Part shown: positions 1 to 8,940 of the stretch, piece after piece
Layout: the number at the start of each line of letters is the position of its first letter
Position numbering within the stretch: position 1 is the stretch's first letter
Origin: Candidatus Aenigmatarchaeota archaeon
GTDB taxonomy: Archaea; Aenigmatarchaeota; Aenigmatarchaeia; QMZP01; QMZT01
Reading direction: 5' to 3'
NCBI GenBank assembly: GCA_041489155.1
Contig: JBGPQP010000001.1
Coordinates: forward strand, 32,001 to 96,000
DNA: 64,000 nt
Program-made: the position numbers and the translations under genes
The notes under the pieces: generated by a model
Database searches by the model: none
The model's input: the letters and a program-made list of their open reading frames with translations, nothing else
What the model was told of the DNA's origin: nothing

Positions 1-947
1 CCGCTCCTCGGGTTCGTGCCGAGCATCTCGCCCTCGATTATGCACTCTCTCGCTTTGATGCCCTTTCTGGCGAGATCGAGCAGATCGGGGAACTGCTTTG
101 TCACGTTTTCCAGTCTTCGCGTATAAAACCAGAATTGGTCGCCTTTCTTATGCATGCAAACACGTGCGCCGTCGTATTTGAATTCGACAAGCGGGCGTTC
201 AAAGGTCTCAAGCGCTTCCCTGAGGTCCTTCGCTTTTTCAGCGAGCAGGACCTGGTAAGGCTTTCCAATCTCGACAGTCACATTCTCCAGGCCGCGAAGG
301 CCGCGTTCCTTGGCGATTTGAGCGATTTCAGCGTAATCTGGCCGCAGAAACCATGCCCATTCGATGGCGCTGATAATTTTCTTCTTCTCCTCCGGGTCTT
401 TCACATCGAAGAAAGCAGAAGCGATCGAATCGCGCAGCACGCCTTCCGCAACGCCGACCCTGAGCTGTTCAAGGACAGTTCGCACGATATACTTCGCTTC
501 CTTCGGTTTCGCAAATGATATAAGCTCCTTGACAAGCGATATTTTCGATTCCTGCGATCCCTTGCCCCCAATGGACGCGAGCTTCCGCAGGTTCTCGAAA
601 ACTTTGCCGACTTCAAGTTCCCTTGCCACGAGGCTTCTCTGTTTTTTCGATGCCATCAGCTTCTCGACTGCAAAGCCTAAATCTCCCGTCCTGTTGAATT
701 CGCTGACCACGTCTTTTTCGGCAAAGCCCGTCGCCGATGTTATCACCTTTATCATCACCTTGTCGGCGACACCCATCTCTTTTTCAGAGTAACTTGGAAA
801 AACCTTTCCCTGGATAAGCAGCGTTATCTTGTCAAGCGAATCCGAATCTGCGGCTTTCAGGAAAGTGGCGATGCCCTCGATTTTTTTCAGGCGCGACGAC
901 GTCTGTTCGAGATAATCGTAAAGCTCAACGAGCTTGGAATATTTCAT
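1..947 (-). CDS. lig: ATP-dependent DNA ligase (3' part runs off the window's left edge)
   Basis: Not in the ORF track. Manual translation from ATG at 947 gives MKYSKLVELYDYLEQTSSRLKKIEGIATFLK...LLIQGKVFPSYSEKEMGV, and the adenylation motif EFKYDGARVCMHKKG...FYTRRLENVTKQFPD. Confidence 0.95.
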   Translation of the reverse strand, partial: MKYSKLVELYDYLEQTSSRLKKIEGIATFLKAADSDSLDKITLLIQGKVFPSYSEKEMGVADKVMIKVITSATGFAEKDVVSEFNRTGDLGFAVEKLMASKKQRSLVARELEVGKVFENLRKLASIGGKGSQESKISLVKELISFAKPKEAKYIVRTVLEQLRVGVAEGVLRDSIASAFFDVKDPEEKKKIISAIEWAWFLRPDYAEIAQIAKERGLRGLENVTVEIGKPYQVLLAEKAKDLREALETFERPLVEFKYDGARVCMHKKGDQFWFYTRRLENVTKQFPDLLDLARKGIKARECIIEGEMLGTNPRS

Positions 948-1057
948 GATAAAATATTGTCTTCCCGATTTTAATTAAAACATCGCTATTTCTTGGGTCA
1001 GTATCTATTTAAAAAAATTGTCACGAACAGTTATTATTAACTTTCAGAGGTGATGAA

Positions 1058-1318
1058 GTGTCAAAAAGCACTAGCTATTTGAGGATAAATGCCCAGTCTA
1101 TACCCAAATTCCAGTTGCCTTGGCATAATTATGGGAACGATATGTTTAAGCCAGAATACTCGGAAAAAAAACTTTTGGAACTTTTAAAAGAAGCCAATCC
1201 CGATGTTAATATTAAAAAATTGAAATTAGGTTCAGATAATAAAGGAACTTTTGTGGAAGTGGTTTATAAAGGACAAACGATACAGGTCCCGGAAAATTTA
1301 AAGAAATGTTTCGAATGA
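1058..1318 (+). CDS. Hypothetical protein (86 aa, AT-rich orphan)
   Basis: GTG start preceded by a GAGGTGA Shine-Dalgarno; fills the intergenic gap; no motif recognised. Confidence 0.55.
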   Translation: MSKSTSYLRINAQSIPKFQLPWHNYGNDMFKPEYSEKKLLELLKEANPDVNIKKLKLGSDNKGTFVEVVYKGQTIQVPENLKKCFE

Positions 1319-1358
1319 AATAAAACTCCAATTTAATTAAACTCCTCATATTATTTAT

Positions 1359-2552
1359 ATGAGGGGGCAGTTTTATTCTATCATAGCGATATTTGTCACC
1401 ATACCTATCGTCTTCTTCATATCGCTCTACGTCGCCTCGCAAGGAGGCGAGAGCGGCGTCTACGAGAAAATAGTCTCCGACCAGATACATCAGGTGGAGA
1501 GGAGCGTGGAAAACGACTTCGGCAAAGCAATCGTTACTTCGGGGAAGAGGGCGATGATAGCTGGGGACGATTACGTCGTGATGAACGGCCAGCCCATGAG
1601 CAATGCTGTGAGCGGCATGAAAGAGCTTATGGAGAACGGGACGATCTACGGCAATGAAAGCATGCTCATGGTAAACAACACTATATCAAACTGGATCGCG
1701 AAAATTATCGCGGTTGCCGTGAACTTCGACGTCAACATAAGCTATTCTGGCCTACAGATTTCGGGCAATAACTCATTCAACCTGAAAGCGTCGGCAAACA
1801 TAAACGTGTCCGTTGCCGACGACCTCGGAATCGCGAGGGTGGACAGACTAAACCAGTATTACGAAGCCCTTGTTCCAATCGAGGGGGCGGAAGATCCTGT
1901 ATTCTCTCTCAAGACGAACGGCGTAATAACGAGGTCGATAAAGATATCGCCTTACCCCTACAGGGCGAAAAGGCTCGTCACTGGCGGCTTGAATTCGACC
2001 GGCAATTGCACCGGCAATGTCACTTTCAACAAGACGGACTGCACTTCCAAGATACTTGTTGCGGAAAACATTTCTGGCATCAGTTTCGGCTGCTTTTCCG
2101 GCTTCATTATAGAGGAATCGGCCAACCTTACCGCCAGTTCAGACTGTTTTGTGACCGGCAATTCCACTGCGTTCGAAAGCATGACGCAGGCCATTGCCAA
2201 CACAGGATATGCAAGAATTTATCTCGATGGCAGCACGAAATCGGCGTGGCATCTTCCGATACGGGAAGAAATAGACAACAAATATTATTTCACGGGGAAT
2301 GGACCGGATTTCCTAAAAAGGCTCGAAGGCGATTTGAACGCGACAACAGATGGCATTGAGACAATAGTGAATCTCCCGGAACTGGAAAGTTATGGAATTC
2401 CGATAGACGACAACGTCATCTCCGTGGATTATATATATTTCGGGAACCAAGACTATATTGGGTATCCCGTTAGGGGTTTGCAGGGCTGGCTCAGGCTAAA
2501 CAGGACTTTTGCTGACAGGTACGGCCTGACAGAATTGTGCGAAGGATGTTGA
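1359..2552 (+). CDS. Secreted/membrane-anchored protein with class III (prepilin-like) signal peptide; probable pilus-associated glycoprotein
   Basis: N-terminus MRG|QFYSIIAIFVTIPIVFFI, many N-x-S/T sequons, upstream of a pilus ATPase. Confidence 0.65.
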   Translation: MRGQFYSIIAIFVTIPIVFFISLYVASQGGESGVYEKIVSDQIHQVERSVENDFGKAIVTSGKRAMIAGDDYVVMNGQPMSNAVSGMKELMENGTIYGNESMLMVNNTISNWIAKIIAVAVNFDVNISYSGLQISGNNSFNLKASANINVSVADDLGIARVDRLNQYYEALVPIEGAEDPVFSLKTNGVITRSIKISPYPYRAKRLVTGGLNSTGNCTGNVTFNKTDCTSKILVAENISGISFGCFSGFIIEESANLTASSDCFVTGNSTAFESMTQAIANTGYARIYLDGSTKSAWHLPIREEIDNKYYFTGNGPDFLKRLEGDLNATTDGIETIVNLPELESYGIPIDDNVISVDYIYFGNQDYIGYPVRGLQGWLRLNRTFADRYGLTELCEGC

Positions 2553-3334
2553 TTATGGACGAGGAATATGTAGAGCTGGAAGGAGCGAAGGATGATGAAA
2601 AAAAGAAGCCTGCAAAAAGAATGAAACAGCAACCCCAAGCCGAAAAATCAGATGCTGTTAAAGAAGCATTCGAACCACCCAAGCCAGCCAAACCGGTCAA
2701 AGCGGAAACGGCCAAAACCATGAAGAAACTGCCCGAGGAGCAAAAAGAGGAGGGTCCGGAAAAACCAACAGAAGTGGAAGAAACCAAAAAACCGAAGCCC
2801 AAGAGCAAACCAGCAAAACCCAGAGAAGTAAAGGCTGAAAAAATAATGGATCATGTCGAAACCGATGTTGATAAGCTTTACGAGCTAGTCAGGGATAAAG
2901 GCATACTGAAGGTGAAGGAAGCATCCAAAATACTGGGCATCGACATGGATCAAGTCGAGGAATGGAGCAGAATCCTCGAGGAACACAAGCTGGTCAGGCT
3001 CCGCTATCCACCGGTAGGCGAGCCGGTTCTGATACTCAAAAGATTCACCACCGATTCAGAAAAATTACAGAAGCTGAAAGGCGGCAAGAAGCTCAAACCG
3101 AGAAGAAGGGTCTTCATAATAAACATAATTATTCTTGTCTTTTTCCTTGCAGTCATTGCCATATTCAGTGTCAGAATTCCCACAATAAGGATAACTTATA
3201 TCCAAGCTTATTTAGCCGTTGGAGCAATAATTATCATAGGAGCCGTGTTTGTTTTCAGGGTTGTGAGAGGTAGAAAAAATGCAGGCAAAAAAGATGCAAA
3301 ATCCGAAGAAAAGTCAGGAGAAAAAGCCGACTGA
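2546..3334 (+). CDS. Membrane protein with charged low-complexity N-terminus, winged-helix-like domain and two C-terminal TM helices
   Basis: K/E/P-rich N-terminus; ETDVDKLYELVRDKGILKVKEASKILG...VEEWSRILEEHKLVRLRYP (wHTH-like); two hydrophobic segments. Start codon uncertain (2537/2546/2555). Confidence 0.7.
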   Translation: MLIMDEEYVELEGAKDDEKKKPAKRMKQQPQAEKSDAVKEAFEPPKPAKPVKAETAKTMKKLPEEQKEEGPEKPTEVEETKKPKPKSKPAKPREVKAEKIMDHVETDVDKLYELVRDKGILKVKEASKILGIDMDQVEEWSRILEEHKLVRLRYPPVGEPVLILKRFTTDSEKLQKLKGGKKLKPRRRVFIINIIILVFFLAVIAIFSVRIPTIRITYIQAYLAVGAIIIIGAVFVFRVVRGRKNAGKKDAKSEEKSGEKAD

Positions 3335-4832
3335 TAGCAAAGAAAAAGGTATGGATGTTCTGGAGAATTATAATATAGAATACCAGAATGTCATCGCCAT
3401 AGTAAGGATTTATCACGACCAGAACGAATACGTGCCTATTTATGAAATAAAATATCCGAAAATAGAGGAGGCCACCTGGGCGATACTTGACTCAATAAGG
3501 GAAAAGATAGTCACCGAGCTTGCCTTCAGAACTGACGACATACTGAGCCCGGAAGAAACCGGTGACGTAAGAAAAAAATTCGTGCAGAAGGCAACCAACC
3601 TCGTTGAATCTGAATTGCCCAATCTGGCAAAAAACGACGTCGACATACTTGTAGGAATTCTATCGCAGGAATCGCTCGGGCTGGGACCAATCGAGTTCAT
3701 GCTTAAAGACAACAGCCTTGAAGAAATAGTGATAAACAACGCAAAAGAACCGATATGGGTTTACCACAGGACCTATGGCTGGCTGAAAACGAATGTCAAA
3801 CTCAACGACGAGACAAAAATCTACAACTACGCCGCGCAGATAGGCAGGAAAGTTGGGACTCAGATAACCAACCTGAACCCGCTCATGGACGCTTATCTGA
3901 CGACGGGCGACAGGGCAAACGCCACGCTTTTCCCGATTTCATCAAAGGGCAACACGCTGACCATAAGGAAATTCGCTAGGAGGCCATGGACCATAACTGA
4001 TTTCATAGAAACCAAGACCATTTCACCTGAAGTCGCCGCTTTCCTCTGGCTTGCGATACAGTTCGAAATGAACATCGTCTGCACGGGCGGAACGGCTTCC
4101 GGCAAAACGTCTTTCCTCAACGTCCTGTGCATGTTCATACCTCCGACGCAGAGGATAATATCGATAGAGGACACTAGGGAAATCCAGCTCCCGCCGTTCC
4201 TTCACTGGCTGCCGCTCACGACAAGGCCGCCCAACATAGAGGGCAGGGGAGAGGTCACGATGCTGCAACTCATGATAAACGCACTTCGCATGAGGCCGGA
4301 CAGGATGATAGTCGGGGAGATACGACGCTCGAAAGAGGCCGAGGTCCTCTTTGAAGCGATAAACACGGGCCACTCGGTGTATTCAACGCTCCACGCGAAC
4401 ACCGCGGAAGAAACTCTGAAGAGGCTTATTAACCCGCCCATCAACATCCCCTTGTCTTTGCTGACCTCGCTCCAGCTCATAGCGGTGATGCACAGGGACA
4501 GGAGAAAGAATATAAGAAGGGTTCTGGAGGTCACCGAACTCATACCATCCGGCGGGATCGACGAGATGAAAATCGAACTGAACAACGTTTTCAGGTGGGT
4601 GCCATCGAAGGACCAGATGATAGAATGGGGCAAATCCAACAGGGTGTGGAACGACATAAAATTGTTCTCGGGCATGGAGGACAACGAAATAAAGAAGAAT
4701 CTCGAGGAAAAAAAGAGCGTACTTCTCTGGATGGTGAAAAACAAGATAAACACGATAGACAAAGTAGGAAGGATAATATCGGACTACTATAAAGATCCTG
4801 AAAGCGTGCTAAAAATGGTAAGAAAGGCGTAG
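3279..4832 (+). CDS. Type II/IV secretion ATPase (VirB11/CpaF/ArlI family), pilus assembly ATPase 1
   Basis: Walker A GGTASGKT, Asp box SIEDTRE, LRMRPDRMIVGEIR, His box TGHSVYSTLHA. Confidence 0.95.
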   Translation: MQAKKMQNPKKSQEKKPTDSKEKGMDVLENYNIEYQNVIAIVRIYHDQNEYVPIYEIKYPKIEEATWAILDSIREKIVTELAFRTDDILSPEETGDVRKKFVQKATNLVESELPNLAKNDVDILVGILSQESLGLGPIEFMLKDNSLEEIVINNAKEPIWVYHRTYGWLKTNVKLNDETKIYNYAAQIGRKVGTQITNLNPLMDAYLTTGDRANATLFPISSKGNTLTIRKFARRPWTITDFIETKTISPEVAAFLWLAIQFEMNIVCTGGTASGKTSFLNVLCMFIPPTQRIISIEDTREIQLPPFLHWLPLTTRPPNIEGRGEVTMLQLMINALRMRPDRMIVGEIRRSKEAEVLFEAINTGHSVYSTLHANTAEETLKRLINPPINIPLSLLTSLQLIAVMHRDRRKNIRRVLEVTELIPSGGIDEMKIELNNVFRWVPSKDQMIEWGKSNRVWNDIKLFSGMEDNEIKKNLEEKKSVLLWMVKNKINTIDKVGRIISDYYKDPESVLKMVRKA

Positions 4833-4837
4833 CGGAT

Positions 4838-5419
4838 TTATCTTTGCATCTGCGTTTTCTCGAACTTCGGAACGAACACCCTGTACTTGTCCTTGTCTTC
4901 CATTTCTTCCAGTATCCTCTTTATTATCATCTTTTCCGGGTCCGGCAGCATGCTGACCCGCTTTTTCAGGTCATCGAAGCTTTCAAAGGACTTCTCCTTT
5001 CTCGCGGAAAGGATTTCCCAGAGATGTTTCTTGCCTATGCCCGGCAGAAGCTCAAGCTGGTGCAGTCTTGTAGTAATCGGTCCGGCCTTGTTGAAGAACT
5101 CAAGGAACTTCTGCTGGTTCACCTTCACTATGCCTTCTACGATGTCCGTGACCTCATCCTTGGCTGCAGTTGTCAGGTCCTTGAAGTCTATTCTTCTTTT
5201 TATGAATTTGACCTCATCCCTTTTGCCGTCGCCTATGTAAACCCGTGAACCGACCTTAAGGTAAACGCCGTCCCTCACTATTACCTCGAGCAGTGAGAAA
5301 TACGCCTCCCCCATTACCTGCGAAACCGGCTGGGAGATGCGCATGCCGTAATATCCGTGAGGCAGGTAGTCCAAAACTATCGCCCACTCGTCCTTTTTGA
5401 TTTCTTTATGTTGAAGCAT
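4838..5419 (-). CDS. DUF655 family putative RNA-binding protein (HhH)
   Basis: VLDYLPHG, RLHQLELLPGIGKKH; conserved position after rpo4. Confidence 0.9.
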   Translation of the reverse strand: MLQHKEIKKDEWAIVLDYLPHGYYGMRISQPVSQVMGEAYFSLLEVIVRDGVYLKVGSRVYIGDGKRDEVKFIKRRIDFKDLTTAAKDEVTDIVEGIVKVNQQKFLEFFNKAGPITTRLHQLELLPGIGKKHLWEILSARKEKSFESFDDLKKRVSMLPDPEKMIIKRILEEMEDKDKYRVFVPKFEKTQMQR

Positions 5420-5468
5420 AACCCACCTATCTTGTTTTAATAAGATTAAAACAGGGATTTATAAAACG

Positions 5469-5795
5469 CTATTTGTTGTCCTTGACTATCTTCAGTATTT
5501 TCCTCTTGTCGTCATCGTTGAGAACTAGTCTTTCGTTCGCAAACAATACCCTCAGGTCGTTCTGGTTCTCTGGAAGGAAATTGATGATGCTTACAATGTG
5601 CCTTTCCTTGAGTTTCTCTATCGCTTTCAAGTCCTCTACCATCTTCTCGTATTTCTTCTCCGGAAGCTTGCAGAATTTTCTAAGGTGTTCCAGCGCATTC
5701 TTCTGCTCATAAACAAGTTCCCTGGTCTTTTCCTTTTCCGAGAGGATTTTCTTCGCCTCGGCCCAGCTCACGACTTTTTCATCCTTAACGTTCAT
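5469..5795 (-). CDS. rpo4: DNA-directed RNA polymerase subunit Rpo4 (F)
   Basis: LVYEQKNALEHLRKF...IINFLPENQNDLRVLFANE; synteny eL21-rpo4-DUF655. Confidence 0.9.
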   Translation of the reverse strand: MNVKDEKVVSWAEAKKILSEKEKTRELVYEQKNALEHLRKFCKLPEKKYEKMVEDLKAIEKLKERHIVSIINFLPENQNDLRVLFANERLVLNDDDKRKILKIVKDNK

Positions 5796-5803
5796 GGAAT
5801 CAC

Positions 5804-6091
5804 CTATTTCTTAAGCACCAGATGCTCGGGCCTTGATATGACTTCCTTGTTTTTGTTGCCGACCCTGATGACTACTATATATGCGTCCCCTCTTCTTTCC
5901 TTGACCTTGCCAGCAAGACCCTTGAATTTGGGAAAGGGCATTCCTTTGTGTGACGAGGGGTCCGGTTTTATGACTACCATATCGTGCGGCTTGAATTCCT
6001 TTAGATATGGGGTTACCTTGAACTTGTGCCTCAATTCTCTCTTAAGCTTCCTTCTTGTCGATCTCCTAAAGCCTTTTGTTGCTCTTACCAT
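5804..6091 (-). CDS. rpl21e: 50S ribosomal protein eL21 (in frame with upstream pus10, no intervening stop)
   Basis: MVRATKGFRRSTRRKL...DPSSHKGMPFPKFKGLAGKV...ISRPEHL; own ATG at 6091. Confidence 0.93.
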   Translation of the reverse strand: MVRATKGFRRSTRRKLKRELRHKFKVTPYLKEFKPHDMVVIKPDPSSHKGMPFPKFKGLAGKVKERRGDAYIVVIRVGNKNKEVISRPEHLVLKK

Positions 6092-7249
6092 ATTATTCAG
6101 TCCTTGAAGACCTATCAGGTCGAACTCCTTTATTTTCGCGCTGTTTTTCAATACCTGCGAGACCGACGGCGTGGTTCTGCCAGCATCGCCGGTTATCAGT
6201 TCATGCAGGTATAAGCCGGACTCGACAGATATTTCAATTTGGTATCTTTTAGTATTAATCCTTTTCCATTTTATGCTTTTAACCTTTTTATGCTTTGTTT
6301 TGTCCGGTTTGCGACCCAAAACCCTGCTCGGCGTCCTCTGTTTTATTGTGCCGACCAGTTTTTTAAGTTCGCCTATTTCTGATACGGGATTTTCGAAATC
6401 AACTATTGCCCGGAAGATTTTGTAAGGTTTTTCTGACTTGATTCTGGCTATTTCATCCCTACCGGAAAGGCGGAGACCTGTAACCTTCACCTTCCTGTTC
6501 GCATTTATTGTTTTGGCGATTTCTTTCAGGTTCAGCCTCCTTCTGGCAGGCTGTTTTATTTCTATCACGAATGGTCTCCAGACGAGGCATCTTGCTTCCT
6601 TGTCCTCTCTTCCCAAGGCATGGAGCAGGTGTGTTTCGCCTTGCGTGGCTTTCATCATGGGTTTTGCTATTATATCCTCCACCGAATCCCTGTACCGATG
6701 CGAACTTGTCTGTGGGAGACCGCGACTGAATTTCTTGTATTTGCCGTACACAAAAACCGGGTTGTATGAAACCTCGAACGCCATTTTCTGGACGTCAAAT
6801 ATTATAAGAACGTCAGGTTTTTCGTGGTCAATTTTTGCCCCTGTTTTCTTTTTTATAATCTCAGAAAGCTGCCAGGATATTTCAGCTTTTATTGGCTCGG
6901 AATACTTTGCCCCGGTCTTCTCCCAGAGAGACTCTTCGTTCATGACTAGCGAGTCGCTCATCCTGACACCAACCATGAAAGTACGTAAATCCATCTTATT
7001 CAGGCCTTTTAATTTTTTATTCACCAAACCGCCAAGACCGGCGAGAAAATTTTCGCAGAGCATGCATTTTTCTGCTCTGTTTTGGGGGAATGACATCCCC
7101 TCCCTTTCAAGCATTCTGCGGACAAGGCGGCCTTTGTCATTATTGTTCTTTCCAATGACCGCTTTCGAGAACTGACGACCGAGGCAGTTGTCGCAAACAT
7201 ATCCCAAGCTGAGAAGTTTTATCGCAGCCTCTTTTATCGTCTTTTTCAT
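6092..7249 (-). CDS. pus10: tRNA pseudouridine(54/55) synthase Pus10 (ORF continues into eL21, 5804..7249)
   Basis: N-terminal CDNCLGRQF/CMLC zinc site, THUMP-like region, YGKYKKFSRGLPQT, catalytic GRED, IKQRTPSRV, GLYLHELITGDAGRTTPSVS. Confidence 0.9.
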
Positions 7250-7272
7250 ATTACCATTATGGCCGGCTGGTT

Positions 7273-8028
7273 TTAAACAGTTTTCAGGCGGAAAACGCGG
7301 ACGGCATTTTCCTTCGCCTTGGCTAGGACCTCTTCCTGCGTCGTCTTTTTTAGTTCAGCTATCTTCTCCGCGGAAAGCTTTATGTTCCATGGATAGTTTC
7401 TCGTGTCCTGTTCCTTGTTTGGCGAGAGGAAGGGTGAATCGGTTTCAAGAAGAAGCTTGTCAAACGGGAGATCTTTTGCGATCTTTCTTATGTTTTTGGA
7501 GAAAAGCACCATTGTCGATATGGAAATGTAAAAGCCATTTTCTACGATTTTCTTGGCCAGCTCCCTTGTCCCGGAGAAACAGTGGAACACCGCATCAAGA
7601 TTAGCAGCTCTGACCATTTCAAAACATTCCTCTTCCGCGTCCCATGAATGTATCACTATTGGTTTTTTCAGCTTCTGGGCAAGCTCGATGAAACTGGAAA
7701 ATACTTCTTTCTGCGTTCTTTGCTTGTCAGCATTCTTCTCCCAGTGGTGGTCGAGCCCTACTTCGCCGACACCAACGATTTTCTCCCTGTTGGATTTAAT
7801 GAGGTCCATTATCCTTTCCGGCCCGTCGCCTCCCTCTGTGGGGTGGTACCCAAGTGTTGAAAAAAGAAAACCGGGATCTTTTCCGGTGAGATCCAGTGCT
7901 TTCAACCCTTCGTCGTACCTTGCTGACGCGACTATTACGGCCGAAAGCTCTTGCCTGCATCTCGATATTATCGAAGCCATGTCTTTGTCGTAATCACCGA
8001 AACAAAGATGCGCGTGTATGTCTATCAT
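7273..8028 (-). CDS. tatD: TatD family deoxyribonuclease
   Basis: IDIHAHL, GEVGLD, IHS, FHCFSG, LLETDSPFL. Confidence 0.93.
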   Translation of the reverse strand: MIDIHAHLCFGDYDKDMASIISRCRQELSAVIVASARYDEGLKALDLTGKDPGFLFSTLGYHPTEGGDGPERIMDLIKSNREKIVGVGEVGLDHHWEKNADKQRTQKEVFSSFIELAQKLKKPIVIHSWDAEEECFEMVRAANLDAVFHCFSGTRELAKKIVENGFYISISTMVLFSKNIRKIAKDLPFDKLLLETDSPFLSPNKEQDTRNYPWNIKLSAEKIAELKKTTQEEVLAKAKENAVRVFRLKTV

Positions 8029-8029
8029 G

Positions 8030-8863
8030 TCATGCCTCGGAAAAGAAATACCTAAGCGCTTCCTGTATATCCTTGACTTCGATGACGTCTATTCCCACCT
8101 CTTCCGATATGTTGACTTTTTGGGGGACTTTCTCGTTGGTGCATATCTGGGCAGGACCTATCTGCTCGCAATATTTTCTTGTCTCGTACGTGATTTCCTG
8201 CGACTGCATAAGGGGGACAAGAAGCAGGCGCGCTCCGGCGTCTTTCGCTGCCTTTGCCTTTTCAAGCACCTGGCCGACCGGTCCTATCGTGCCGTCGTGG
8301 TTGATGGCGCCGGTTATGAAAACACGCTGGTCTATGTTCTTTTTCCATATTGCAGCGATGGTAGCGATGGTCAAAGCCGTCCCTGCTGACGGGCCTTCGA
8401 CCGAGGTGGCGTTTGTGGTAATCGTATATATCATGTCATAATTGGACATGTTCACGCCTGTTATGTTCGAAGCAACCTTGCTCGAGGTGCGGATAGAGTT
8501 CTGGGTATCGGTCCAGAAAAGCAGCTTGTCTATGTTCGCGAGGACCCTGCCGTCGCCTGGAACTATCTGGACTGTGATAACAGTCGTCAGGCCGTTGCCT
8601 TCCTCGTCCACCGCTGGTATTACTATGGATGTGTACGAAACGTTCGCAAAAGAGCCCTGGACAGGGTTGTAGGGGACGTAGTTGACGATATTGATTGGCC
8701 TTGTTTCATTGCGATATATGATGACCGTTTCGTTCATGTTGCCCATGTAATAACCAATCAGAAACACAAGCGTAACAGAAATCAGGGCGGCCAAAAACCT
8801 GATTGTTTTTTTCTTTCCGGTCGGTTTGCTGTGAACCGTTCTTCTGTAGGCGTACATTGGCAC
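8030..8863 (-). CDS. Membrane-anchored Lon-like (S16) serine protease, no ATPase domain
   Basis: N-terminal TM helix; VEGPSAG (Ser) and GTIGPVGQVLEKAKAA (Lys) dyad motifs. Confidence 0.88.
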   Translation of the reverse strand: MPMYAYRRTVHSKPTGKKKTIRFLAALISVTLVFLIGYYMGNMNETVIIYRNETRPINIVNYVPYNPVQGSFANVSYTSIVIPAVDEEGNGLTTVITVQIVPGDGRVLANIDKLLFWTDTQNSIRTSSKVASNITGVNMSNYDMIYTITTNATSVEGPSAGTALTIATIAAIWKKNIDQRVFITGAINHDGTIGPVGQVLEKAKAAKDAGARLLLVPLMQSQEITYETRKYCEQIGPAQICTNEKVPQKVNISEEVGIDVIEVKDIQEALRYFFSEA

Positions 8864-8911
8864 AACCCCGATGCTAGCATGATTTCTATCTTTTTCATTC
8901 GCTGTTAAACA

Positions 8912-8919
8912 ATTTAAAT
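8912..8919 (+). promoter_or_regulatory. TATA box, probably for the SRP RNA gene
   Basis: TTTAAATA about 22-30 nt upstream of the GC-rich structured RNA starting at about 8941. Confidence 0.5.
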
Positions 8920-8940
8920 ATTGACTGTTGGATTATTAAT

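Noticed and set aside
135..792. Plus-strand ORFs 135..518 and 364..792
   Set aside because: Antisense shadows of the DNA ligase gene on the minus strand.
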